Positions 22,986 through 35,372 of a DNA stretch of 64,000 nucleotides are shown one piece after another (position 1 is the first letter of the stretch; each line of letters starts with the position of its first letter). Both the position numbers and the translations under genes were made by a program. The notes beneath the pieces are model-generated. The model had not been told where the DNA came from and did no database searches. It saw nothing but the letters and a program-made list of their open reading frames with translations. Origin of the DNA: Marsupella aquatica (Eukaryota; Plantae; Marchantiophyta); NCBI GenBank assembly GCA_973895155.1, contig OZ316892.1, positions 31,117,802-31,181,801 on the forward strand. Direction: 5' to 3'.

Positions 22986-25352
22986 GTGATGGGCAGAAAC
23001 AAAAAGGAAACGGTTGCTCGGAATAAGAAGATGAGAGAAGAACCACCACCATCATGCGGAATCATCCACGCCAGCGTACCTCATGCAGAGGAAGCCATCG
23101 ATCGGTTGCAAGCAAATTTAACCACGATGGGCCTTGTGAATTTGATTCGTGTGCCGTGGGGGATGAAGTCGAGCGCTATCGTGGAGGATGTGTGGATGCG
23201 AGGCATGGGAAGAGAATCCAAAGATACAACAATTCGTGGAAACCCTGATCAGTGGACTGAGAAGCTCATTGCCAAGGTCTATGATTTGAAGTCGAAAGGA
23301 GAAGGTATGTTGAGATGCATTGATTTGACTGGACCTTACTTCGCAGGAAAGAAAAATGTACGTATCGGCTGGAATCTGGAACAATGTGCTGATAAATTGA
23401 ACCTCCTACCTTTGCTGGAATTTCTGGTTCCTATTTTAAATCCGGAACGTCATAATAGAGCACCCGTAGCTCTGGCCAGCACCATCATCGCTTCCTGGAA
23501 GGGACAGAAGGTGATCAACTGGGCGAATGTGCTCTGCTCCGTGATCAAGACGCAGATTTTGTCAATGAGGTCTGGTTCCTTCACTTGGATTGCTGTTTAC
23601 CTTTCCCATGTGTACGCGCACAAGAAATGTTTGACAGCACCCGAGTTGATTGAGTGGAAGCTTCATCTTGCCTACCTGGAGAATGGAGAGAGGGATCCCG
23701 ATGCGGATACCACGCCCGAATCGGAAGGCGAATCAAGCAAAGACGAGCCCGGTGAATCGGAGGACGAGGCGAAAGTTGAGGTGAACCAGGAATCTCCCCG
23801 ATGGGCCGTGTTTCTAAAGGAAAGTGAAGCGCTGTCAAAAATCTCTACGACCCAGTCAAAAATTCTGTCTAAATTAACTAGCTTAATCGGCTGTCCACCG
23901 GATCAATTGCTCAGCAAGTTTCAGGACTTTTCTTTCTTTTCCATCGAAGAGTTTACCAAGATAGATAAGGACAGATCGAAAGCTCTGATACGCGTGGAAA
24001 CTCTGACTGCCAAGAAATTCAATCTCCAAGAGAAATTCCAGATCCGTGTGGAAGCTCTGTCCGCGGAGAACCTCGATCTCCAAGAGAAAATACGTTGTGC
24101 TACTGCCAGGAGTTCTGATGTTTCTTTTACTCTAGATCGGGCTCTAGATAAGCTGCGACCTCTGTTGGATGTTCCGGTGATTGACCTCATGAAAGCAAAG
24201 TTGTTTGATGAAGCACTCATGCAGCTCGATCACAATGTAGCGAATAGAGTACTTAGATGCGCTACCAGCTTTGCATCTACAGTTTAGGTTTATTATGATG
24301 CCATGAGTGACCTGCACAAGGACTTGATGCGTACAGATCCGGGAGGAGATCTAGGTAAGAAGCGAAAGTTGGATTTTCTTTCTGCTGCTTCGATTGATGC
24401 TACTTCATCCCGATCTCAATGCGAGTCTACGGCAAAAATGTCTGCATGCCCACCTTCCGTACCATCACCTACTACCTCTGTCTGTGCGTCCCTAGCACCT
24501 GCTGCTGAGCTTTCGAAGCTTCCGGCCGCGAGTGTGTCATTGAAGAAGGAGGAGGAGGATGAGAATTTTAGGCGGAAGTTCACTTTGTTCAGGCAAGAAG
24601 CTTCCCGATTTGAGATGCCGATCTTGGAGTTTTGGCGCTACTATTACCATCGTGTTTTAGAGATTTCTGTGTTGCTCAACATTGTTCCCGGTGGTTTGGT
24701 CACCCTCGAGCATTGTGATCTGGAGAGATACTGGACATTATGTAAACAATATCGACCTCTACTCGCTTTTATGTTGCTGTACGGTGATCTGTCCGTGGTA
24801 AAGGTTGAGGCTGCCTTCGCCTACTTTGGCAACTTGCCTTTGTACTCGCTGCAATTCATCGTTGAATTCTTGGAGCAGACCAATGCCCAGGCTACTGTAG
24901 TCATTCCTACTGGCCCTGTGCATTCGGTTTCACCTGAGCTGTCTGCTACGGAGAAGCATACCATATGGGGTACTATTGCTGCTCAACGCAGGCTAGCACA
25001 CTGCGAGCACTACAGGAACACTATGGAGTCCCTTAGCCCTTTTGTCGAGACTTGGAAGGACGAACATAAATTTCGCACAGCTTACCCCTCTTATCATTAT
25101 CATTCCTGTTCACGCATTGATTTGATCCGAATCTGGATGGAAGCTGCTCGAGTACATCGGATGTTCACAGAAAATGAGTTGCCAAATCTGAACCGGTTGA
25201 GGCAGATTTGTTCCTTACCGTTTGCTGCTCACTATCCTGCCGTCCGTGGCTTGGTGGAGAAATGCTTGGTCGAAAACTCGTTCGCTTCCCCTCCGTTCGA
25301 TACCTTTGAGTCAGGCACCGCTGTTGTTGGATTCGATGCTGATGCGGTGTAG
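22986..25352 (+). pseudogene. Intronless ~790-codon ORF with a single in-frame TAG; probably a retrotransposon accessory protein of a bryophyte repeat family
   Basis: ORFs 22986-24287 and 24303-25352 share a frame. The N-terminal GLxxLxxVPW...IRGNPDQWT...LEFLVPILNPE...INWA region resembles, from recall, abundant TE-associated hypothetical proteins of liverworts and mosses. It is followed by an acidic linker and a duplicated coiled-coil segment. Confidence 0.55.
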
Positions 25353-27392
25353 TTCCATGGCAATCTCATCATGCTTTGGTTTTTACTCGAATTCAACATT
25401 TTTGGCATCCAGACATATATTCATGTAGTTTTATATGACTGTACTGTACTTATGTAGTTCATTCCTCATAGTTACGAGAATTTAGTTTTCCTCGGTTTGT
25501 CCTTTCGGATCATGCTTTCCACACAAACTCCTTGTTGGATGTCAGAGTGTGATACCAGTGAGTCCTACACTTTTGTAATTGTGCAACTCCTCTACCATGT
25601 ACTGTGTGGGTCACTCCTTTTTGTAGAACAATGTATGTCCAGAGCACCTTTTGCTCGCAAGAATCAGGCGATTTTCGCGTTGCCTCTATGAATCGAATAT
25701 GGTTTGGAAATAAAAACCTCAGTCTTTGTTTTCATTTGCCATACATTAATGAGATGTTATTTTGCACGTTGGTTATGACTAGACGAATATATTATGATGT
25801 CTAGAGTGCAGTGCATGTGTGATGGGTATGAATAGTGTGTCAGTGATGAGGATGAGGGTTTCCAATTTACTTGTACGAGTAACGTGTTCTGTAGCTCCTT
25901 TGGGGTCAAGTGATTATTGACGGGTAACCTCTACAGCCGGTTCCCATCTGGAATCAAAAAGAGTACTGAGTGCCACTAGAGGCGCCGGAACCCCACTCTT
26001 TGGGGATTGTGTGTGTAAATTCTGCTGGAACCAAAAAAGACTAGGGGGGGGGCTCTGAACCCCACTTTTGGGGATGATGTGTGTTCAAAAGCTTGGGGTG
26101 AGTTTCGAACCCGGCATCTGAGGTGGCCCACACTCTTTCCCTCTACCAGTAGCCCAGGGACTGCAGGATCAGGGTTTTTAGACTCATGAACCTCTTAGGT
26201 TCTCCGCCAAGGTTGTCAAGGTGATCTTTCATTTTTAGGGGCTTTAGGCTGCTGCCACGTTAGCCTTTGTGGCCTTGATTATATCTCATTAAAACTAGAT
26301 TGTATTTATACATACGGTCTTTAAGATTTTTTCCTCGGGGTTTGCGCTGTGCAAGTTACAACTTCAGATCTTAATACGGTCGTGATGCATTAGGTCTTGC
26401 TAAAGTCTGTTTAATCAATGTTTCGTTCCTTAACGAACAGCTAAAGACCTGGGTACATTGTGACACCAACAAACATGCACCCAAATGACACTCCGCAATC
26501 ATAAAATGACAACAGAGTGACACATTTGGAATACCAACACTTTCACGACAATCACACGACCAAGGGCACGACCACGGGCACGGCCAATGGACCCCACCCA
26601 ATTGGTTCTCCCATTTCCTTGACATTACTTGGAATTATATTTTCTACCCCAAAGCTCATAGTGTCTATTGCTCATAAGATAATGATTTTTCTTTGCATAC
26701 ACTTCTATTTGCTATTTGCCCAAGTTCAATTTTGTGTCTCTTCTCTAGCTCTGAGAGTATTTTCTGTCTTGCCTCAACACCATTACACCTTGGCCTGGGC
26801 CTGGCCTCTCACCCCAACTCCAGCCGCAAGTATTCTTGCATTGGACTCCCCTTTTTTGTGGGGTCCAAGCTCTCCTCTCCCTCCCTTTGCCCCATGGAAT
26901 GACAATCTATCTTTTGACTCTTTGTTCCGCTTGCAACAGCCTTCCTGATAACTACAAGTGGAGGTGGAGAGGAGGAAATGGAAGAGGTGGAGCAAGAATG
27001 AGGTAGAACAGGGAAGGGAGGAGGGCTATAATAATTGAAAAATAGACATAAATTAAGTGAAAACATAACTATAAAAATAAAATCCCCTTTCCCATCCACT
27101 GAAAGGTTTCTTGCTCCTTATTTGGATTTCAAACTTCAATTTTATTTTTGAATTCCTTGAAGTTTCTCATTCCTGACCCCCCTGCTGACCTCACATCCCA
27201 ATCACAAACCATGTTTGCCTCACCTCAACATCTTGCTCTCACCTCAAAATCTTGCCCTCACTCAAAATGTTTCGTGCAACGCGCGGGCATGGGGCTTGTA
27301 TCCCATAAAGGGATACCCCTGGTCCTTAACTTTATACGTCCCGTAGAGGATGGAGGGTGTATGACTGTATGAGCACGGTGCATTTATTTTTA

Positions 27393-27512
27393 CAGGGACA
27401 TCCAATCCAGATTCCAGACTACAAGCTTAGTCGTGCTAATAATGTAGAACAGTCATAGTTATTGTGCCGATTCCGGCTGTGTTGCTATCATTGTACAGTT
27501 GGATGTCCCTTT
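27393..27512. mobile_element. Possible ~120-bp MITE
   Basis: Inverted repeat AGGGACATCCAA...TTGGATGTCCCT with TA nearby on both sides. Confidence 0.4.
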
Positions 27513-27659
27513 ACTGCGCACTATACATGTCAGTAGTTAAAAAAACCGCGAACAGGATCCAGCCGTCCAAGGCTACGATCTACAGCAGTAGTAGTGGCGA
27601 ATCCTCCAGGCTGGCCACTTGGGGCGTCACTTGACTTATTCAGGGAGACGCTTCCCTCA

Positions 27660-28142
27660 TTCCCTGCTTTGTCTTTCAAATATGCACCTCGATTTTCCCC
27701 CGCATCCCACCGGAATGCTCTCCCCATTTTTGGGTCCCATTTCAGTTCCAGGCCAGCCCCGTTTTTGGGTTTCGGTTCAGTTTTGAGGAGGGCACAGATT
27801 TTTTTAGTACATTCCAATGCTCGACTGTTCTAACCTATTCAAAAATAATGTAAAACTAGCTATTTTAAATAATTCTAAAATTTTAAAAGGCAATGAGCAT
27901 TGAGAATTGATGCCATAAGTAGTGTTTGACCTAGTGGTATTGGAGTTCAGTTGAGACTATGAGGTGGTGTGTTCAAGGCACATAACGTGCATGGAAAGGT
28001 CTAATTGTACTTGAAAATGGAAATGGTAAATGAGATATATATGGGGAGTTCAAGTACTGTGGAGATAGAAAAAATGGGGGAGAGCATTCCGGTGGGATGT
28101 GGGGGACAATCGAGGTGCATAATTGAATGACAAAGCAGGGAA
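27660..28142. mobile_element. Non-autonomous element with ~70-bp terminal inverted repeats
   Basis: TCCCTGCTTTGTCTTTCAAATATGCACCTCG...CCCCATTTTT at 27661-27730 is the near-exact reverse complement of 28070-28141. No clear TSD. Confidence 0.75.
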
Positions 28143-28169
28143 AGGGTTTAGTTCACAGAAGCGCATGTT

Positions 28170-28890
28170 TGCTCTACACTACTGTCGTGTGAGTGGCTGC
28201 CCCTTGGGCACACATCCATCAGGATTTGTTTTGGCACATTTTTACTCTTCGGACAGTTTTCAAAACTGATGTGATTCACACACCCTAAACAGAACGAAAG
28301 CGGAGAGCAAGTTTTTTAATTCCATCTGTTTGTAACGGCCCACAATTTCAGGTTATGGGTCAGGTTATTGGCCAGTCAGGTATTTGCACTGTTTATCCTT
28401 GCGGTATGGCGTGCGTGATGTGCTCGGAAGTTTCATGTTTGGAGTTAGGTGTTCCAGTTTAGGATCTGCCCAAACAATCTGTGAGCTACGTCCCCAATGA
28501 CTGTCATTCCCAAATTATGACATAATTCATGAACAGAGTTCATCGCATCACGAATGCAATGTACCCCAAAGAAACTAAACGACGTCACGCGGACTATCAG
28601 TTTGGTGTAATCTGATCCGAATGCATATTCTCCCACAACGTTCAAATTCACCGTGTCGGAAAGTGTGGTGCACAACTGTAGTTGTATAGTGACAGGAAAT
28701 GAACTAGTGGCACAGATTGTCATTTTTTCGTGTTATTTGTGTTTTGTCCTGTTCTCTCTAAACTACTGTCGTGTGAGTGGCTGCCCTTCGGCGTGCATCC
28801 ACCAGGGTTGTTCCCTGACGTATTTTCTACTTTTGGGACACTTTTCAAAACTGATGTGATTTACACACCCTAAACTGAATGAAAGCGTCT
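28170..28890 (+). repeat. Dispersed subtelomeric repeat, copies at ~28175-28300 and ~28650-28890 (third copy at ~38030-38325)
   Basis: Shared ACTGTCGTGTGAG...GCTGCCC...TGATGTGATT(C/T)ACACACC...GAAAGC. Confidence 0.75.
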
Positions 28891-29599
28891 CATCAAAATA
28901 ATTATTGCGGAAGAAGGTCTGGTTGACAAGCCATTTTCGGCGGAATTGTTTTTGGCGGAGGTGGACGGTTGAGTGTTTTTCCCTGTTTTCAGGAATAGTG
29001 CTCTTTGTTGGTATTTTACTGCAGTTCTTGTGTTCGGTGTTGCGGATGTTCAAGTTTTGTTTCAAATTTTTGAAATTGGTCGGGCTTATGGGGGGGATCA
29101 TACCCCAAACCCTACACCCTTTCGACTCTTGAGCGTATGGTCTGTGTATTATTTGAATTCATGGGCAGAAGTAGGGCTTCACTATGATGGGAGTTGTAGT
29201 TTGAAGGTCTGGGGGTTCGGAGGGTTGTGTTCATCATCTGATGAAGTGATGGAGTTGGGATAGCGTGATGGATATGAGAAGATTTAAACCACGGGAGTCA
29301 GACGGATGGAGACAACAACAACAACATCGTGATCACAAGCCTTCTCCCTAAACTCCAATTTCAGTGAGTCGAATCGGGAAGACGTTAATTGTCGTACATC
29401 AAGGGTGGATAGGCGAGGTGAAGGAACGTTGGAATGGGGGAATGGGAGCAAACGGTTGGAGACAACCTCTACCACTCCGTTGCATTCGGGAGTTTATTCA
29501 GGACTCCAAATTTATATAGCACCTGGGGTTTTTGAAGAGCTACAACAACCAGAATAAAGTGGTTCTATGTTTTGAGGGTGTTGTGAATATCAGGAAAGG

Positions 29600-30200
29600 C
29601 GAGCGAAGGAGTGGATTGACTGGACATTTTTGAACCGCCTGCGAATGCACTGTTTGTCGTAACTGTGATTGACGAGAATTCAGTTAATATTGTTAAGGCT
29701 CTTATCGATCTTGTCTTCTCCTCTCATTATAGCCGTGCATAAAGTGCAACGTGCTAACCTGGCAAACTTGAATGCAAAATCCCTGTTGATTGAGTATAGG
29801 CAGGTGGCTGTAAAGGCCTTCTCCCCTGATTTTGATTTGAAGAATCCGATTACATTCAAATACTTGGTTACATCTCAAATTGCTAAAGCGAATCAACTTC
29901 GTTTGTGCATTTTGGATTGGGTGTTTCGGAAGATTGGTAAAGTGACTCGAAGATTTCTGTGTAATGGGGTTGATAAGCACCGGTTTATTGTGTTAGTGGA
30001 AACTAAACCGCGGTGTGGACATCAACCATTGCATTGTCTTTCCTCTTAGTGACACGATTGAGAAAGGTTATATCGAGTTCGATACTGTTGATAAGCAACC
30101 TCGGTGCTCACATTGCTTTTCACCAACGCACTCAGCCAGTGGATGCTTTGAAGGAGGAGATAGTGAGAAGAAAAATCACTTGATATTGAATCAAGGGGCG
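29600..30200 (+). mobile_element. LINE ORF1 remnant with zinc knuckle
   Basis: VAVKAFSPDFD...FRKIGKV...RCSHCFSPTHSASGC (CX2CX4HX4C), frameshifted; no ORF2 follows. Confidence 0.6.
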
Positions 30201-31059
30201 AGGGACAATTCTTTACGAAAGATTCAGTGTCAGGAGAGGGATCCTCAGTACGGGTCATGTAATCGGATTACAGTAACACTGGGGCAGACAGTAATCCACA
30301 TGCACAGGATCATTCTGAGGCACAACCAGCGTGGAAGACGTGGAAGTCTTCTTCTAGTCACCCCCTAGACTGCTTGGTCCATTGACTCAACGACTGCTTT
30401 GAAATTGGTTATCTCGATCACAAGCTAATCGGAACAAACAATTGGCTCCGACAAAAAATTCGAAGAAGAAAAGTAGCGGTGATAAGGTCTGCTTCATACC
30501 TCTTGGCCTCTCATATCTCATACTACAGTAGCTTCTCAAGGGAGTTTTTTATCGTATTGTGGTGGAGCCGTGGTCGTTCGCAGTGGGGTTCTTGGGTAAT
30601 CTCAACAAGTTTAGATGAAGCTTCACATCGTTTCACACAATGTGCAGGGTGTATGCGTTATTTCTAAAGTTTGCTTAATATTCATCCATGCTTTCGTACC
30701 AGATTTGGAAGGAGGCAGACTTCTTTTTCTGTCCTGCTACAGATGGTCATGGGAATGGGATAATAAGAGCGTAACTATACCACAGAATAAATAATCACCA
30801 CTAATAGATCTGGATTCCCCATTCACATGTAATCCCAAGACCATTGAAGATCACAAAGGGAGAATACCGTTGAAACTGAACAAAGGGAATTTCATATTCA
30901 AAAGTTTAAAACGGAAATACATGTCATCTTCCACGGACACAGCCACGAACGGCAGCAGCTAATGTCGTCATCTTACCTACAAACTATGGTTGGTGAAACA
31001 GATCCCTATACTGAAAAACACAGACACTTGTCGAAGCGAGCTCAAAATCTATCTTTCAT

Positions 31060-32308
31060 CTAAAAAAATTCCCATGGACCTTGCGAATAATCGGCAGGGT
31101 GTGCCACAGTTAGTGGTTGAGGTGCACTGCATCCCACTGTCACAATTTCCTCGTTGACCTTCCAAGCTTCACCAGGTTCAATGTTAGGCTGCTTGTTTAT
31201 GTTGTAGATTTGTCCAGGGGCAAGTCCAGGCAGATCGGTAATGGGGGATGTCTGCTTCGACCGCTTGCGCTTCATCATAGTAGGGGCTTGAATGGCATGG
31301 TGTCGTGACCTGACAGGTGCACACCCACCAGTGGGTTCTTCATTCCTCCGTTGTTCCCTAGTTCCGTCAGTGGCTTTTGATGTTGGGAAGTTGGTGTGGT
31401 GCGCTCGTATGCGCTCAGGGTCATTGGGTGGCAAGTAGGGCCTTTGAGCATGGTCATACTCCTGCTCTTCGGGCCCATCAGAGTCGTCATGAATATCCAT
31501 CTCGACATGTCCCTGCACGAATGTATGTACAGGAAATCGATATGTCAGCAAATTAAGGCCTTCCGTAAGTCGTTGGGTTTCCGAAACATCAGGCTACAAA
31601 TGAAATACTGGAAATGCTTGTAGACAGTACTTTCGCAACTGATTCATCATGGGTGTATGACAAAGCTCGATTCGCTTTGTATACATCATCCCTAATCTGC
31701 TGTAGCCATGACACTTTGTGCTTTCGTTTCCATATTTCATAACTTGTTTTGGCAGCGGCCCTCTCCTCCATATGTTCATCAGAGTGCTCCCATTGCAACA
31801 GCCTTTGTTTGGCATCAATCCACAACAGCGCAAGCTGAGAGTGCTCCCTAAGACACTGTTTTGTGCCTTCGTCCATGTCCTCGAACCTTTTCGATGTAAT
31901 GAGGCCCAAAGCACCCAAATGGACCTTCAGGCCGAGGTCATTGAAATATGCTTGGCTGCACATTGGCTCGTCACTGCCAATGTTTGACTCACGCCACCTC
32001 TGTACCCATTCACTGACAGTGTTACCCGTTGCCGCCTTTCGAATCAAAGCCCTTACTGTTCGACATTGCACCTCATCCAACAAGCAATCCCAGGCAACCA
32101 TGTTCATCTCTGGAATGACAGCGTGTTTCATCAGTTCTATCAAAGGAGGTGGACTGCCAAAGTCAGAGGGCGATGCCTTCATGTTATGCATGAGCTTGGC
32201 ATTTTCATTGAGGCTGGTCCTAACGGAGGTCTTCCGAATGTTCCAAATATCCTTCACTCGGGCAGTGAAAGGATAATAATGCCAGAAATATGGATTCATT
32301 GTTACCAA
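31060..32308 (-). CDS. Unknown protein-coding region (239-aa and 163-aa ORFs), possibly a pseudogene
   Basis: Two long adjacent minus-strand ORFs with protein-like composition. No domain recognised. Confidence 0.4.
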
Positions 32309-32960
32309 CTTATTGAAAGACTCTCCGGAAGATAGGATACAATTGACAGTCGAGTGAGGCAGCTACATTCGATTTGTCATGAAGCAGTCGACAACAATAA
32401 TGCAGATCCAGAGATACATCGAGATTCTTAATACCTCCTCACCACCTCACAGAGTACCTAAGCAACACAAATTCATCATCATTATTCACAGCTTCCGCCT
32501 TTCCCCGTACCTTGGCGCGCATTCAACATGGAGGACCTACTCATTAGTACACAAGTAGTACTCGCAAGGCAAGAGATCCCGATTCGCGACGAAAGGCAAT
32601 CTCGAGGCTCATTATGAGCCTCGGGTACACACCTGCCTTTTACATATTTTTTCGAATGTTAATAGCGTGAATGATCCCCACTTTTTGGGTGGGGTGAATG
32701 TTAAAATGCATTCTTTGATACAACCAATTCAAACCCGGGACCTCGTCATCCCTACCATTGAGTCTCTCCACAATTATCCTCGAGATTGAGTTTCGTCCTT
32801 AATAGATCCCGGGCCAAACACTCTGAAATTTTCAGATGGACACGAACAAAAGTTTGGGAGGGAGAATGAAGTGCATTATATAGCGTGTTCATCCTGGAAC
32901 ATGTTTTGTTTTTTCGTCTTGTATATATGTAATTCATTTAAATAGGGAGATGTAAATATA

Positions 32961-32990
32961 TCTACAACTATAATAAGGGATCCCACCTTT
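32961..32990 (+). mobile_element. Helitron-like 5' terminus
   Basis: A|TCTACAACTATAATAAGGGATCCCACC, nearly identical to the minus-strand terminus at 17876. Confidence 0.5.
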
Positions 32991-34924
32991 TTTCGCCCTT
33001 GGTCACCATACAAAAAAGCTTATGGGCGGGAAATATCCACAGCCGTTGGATTTGATTACCTGTTTTTGCTCACCATTGATGAGAGAAATGTACACCCCTA
33101 TCACGTATTTGCTTCCCGCTGCCCCATAATGCCCCGTTCAATCCCTATGGGCTTGTATGCACTTAAAATCACATTATGACCAAGAAAGTACAAATTACTA
33201 AAGAGTTGAGTTGTGCACAAATTCATTTGAGCAAAAAGAGAATTCACTAAAGACTGATTGAAAAGGAAAGATAAAACCTTTATGAGGAGAGCCAAATACA
33301 TTCAAAATACTCTAAGTTCACTAAAATTAAGAGGGGTCCTAAAATTTATTGAAAATCAAGTTAATGCAAATGATCTACCTTGTTAAGGCACATTAAAGTC
33401 AAAATACTTGACACAAAATATGAATGAAACAAAATCTGTAAAATTATAGCAGCTTCATAACAGTCTTGAATCCATCTAGAATGAAACTGCTATAATGGTG
33501 AATCCATCTTCCAGTATTTTGTCTTCTTCAAACTTATTTTCTTCTGTATGTTAATTCAATGTGACTTACCAAGGTGCATCCCTTGTATACTTTAAATTTT
33601 GAATTTAATCTGGCACCCCTCTAAATTTTTCATTCTTAGATATACTTTTGATCATCCACCCCCTTTAACAACGCTCACGGAAGTTCTAGCCCTTAGTGAA
33701 GAATAAATGATCTAATTAAAGTGCACTCCTCATGTCTTTAAGTTCTACTCATGGGCTTCATGACAAGTTGGCCACTCTGAAGATGAAGGAACGAGAAAGT
33801 GTCGTAAAGGCTTTTGAAGCATCTTAATGGGGCGGGAGCATCAGTGTCAGATGAGGATGCATGATTGACACTCATGAGGAGCATGCCTCAAAGTTGGAGG
33901 GTGGAAACCATTCCTCTAAGGAGGGATACAACTCTTACTCTTCCGTCCTTGATTGCATATCTACTGCAAGAGGAAACGATGCGAAAAACGGAGGACTTGG
34001 CAAGGTTGACAACAGCGCTTTACATTGACTCAAGGCTAGGGAAATCTACCATCTCACAAGATAGTAATTTTGGGAAGGCAAGCACCTCCAAAAACCATGG
34101 AAGGAGAAAGCTTCCAAGATGAAATGTCACTTTTGTAAACGGAAAGGACATTTTATTCGTGACTGCAGAGCAAGGATAGCCAAGGAGGGAAATGATGCAA
34201 GAAGGTTCAAGCGAACTCAGTCATACATAAGTTATATGTGGCAAACTCCAGAAATTCCAGTGAAGGGGATTCAAGTTGCATTGGTATGTGGACACAGCGG
34301 CAACCCAACATATGGCGCATCATTGAGAAAGCTTTGTGGAGTACATAGCTTGGGATCATGCCCAAGTAGTGTATTTGGGAGATGATTTGACCTTGCAGAT
34401 TGTTGGAGTGTGAAGTGTTCCCATTAAACTCCATGATGGTTCAGTGAGGATGGTGGAAAAGATGCTTGATGTACCTTGTCTCACAAAGAACCTATTTTCA
34501 GTGAACCAACTTGATGAAGAACGAGGATATCGAGGCTATCATCAAGAAAGGTTCATGTGCTTTGAAGAGTCCAAGCGGCTCTATCATTAGTACTTGCTTT
34601 ACTGTGAACAAGTTAATATATAAACTTGGTGTAACTGTAAGCCTCCATACTGCAAATATTGCTATCACAACAAGTGACTGGGGAGATGTGGCATAAAAGG
34701 CTTGGCCACATCAATGAAGCTAGAATGCAACAACTGCAAGACCACAACATGGTGGAAGACATTGGTAAATTTGATGGCAAGAGTTTCTTTGTCTAATTGT
34801 GGAGCGTGTGCAAAGGCAAAATCTACAAAGCCGAAATTTCCGAAGGGTGGAAGATCCAAGGCAACTGAACTTCTTGCCTTAGTTCATTCAGATATTTGTG
34901 GCCTACTTCGCCCTTCCGCTCATT

Positions 34925-35268
34925 TGTTGAGCATAGACGACAATTGCAACGGTAAGCAAATGACACATCCAACGCTCAAGTAGTCGACACAAGATATACG
35001 TGGTTTACCTTCTTGAGGCTACGTCCAGGCACCGAAACACACAAGAGAGCTTTACTGTCGAACTCTAAGCCCGTCGGCTATACCAAGTCTCCACAGTGTA
35101 AGCTCTCCTCATCTCTCAAGTGGCTCCATAACAATGAGCCTAAGTTCCACTTATCCAAGCAAACACCGCTTGGCATATAGTGTGCATCCTAGTTAACCTA
35201 ACCACGACTACGGTTAGTCTAACTATGGTTACATGTCGTACCCCTAGACCTTGAGTAAATACCTAACA
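34925..35268. mobile_element. Solo LTR (344 bp) nested in the copia integrase
   Basis: TGTT...AACA termini with a perfect 5-bp TSD TCATT (34920-34924 and 35269-35273). Integrase coding resumes after it. Confidence 0.88.
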
Positions 35269-35332
35269 TCATTCAGGCTATGTCTACTTCATCACATTCA
35301 TTGATGATTTCTCGAGATATTTTACCATATGC

Positions 35333-35335
35333 ATA

Positions 35336-35372
<37 letters not shown>
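35333..35372. repeat. (AT)n microsatellite followed by poly-T
   Basis: Directly visible. Confidence 0.95.

Noticed and set aside
32130-32160. PPLIEL shared between the 31589-32308 ORF and the pseudogene in the direct repeat (~2400-2425)
   Set aside because: A six-residue match with no convincing flanking alignment.
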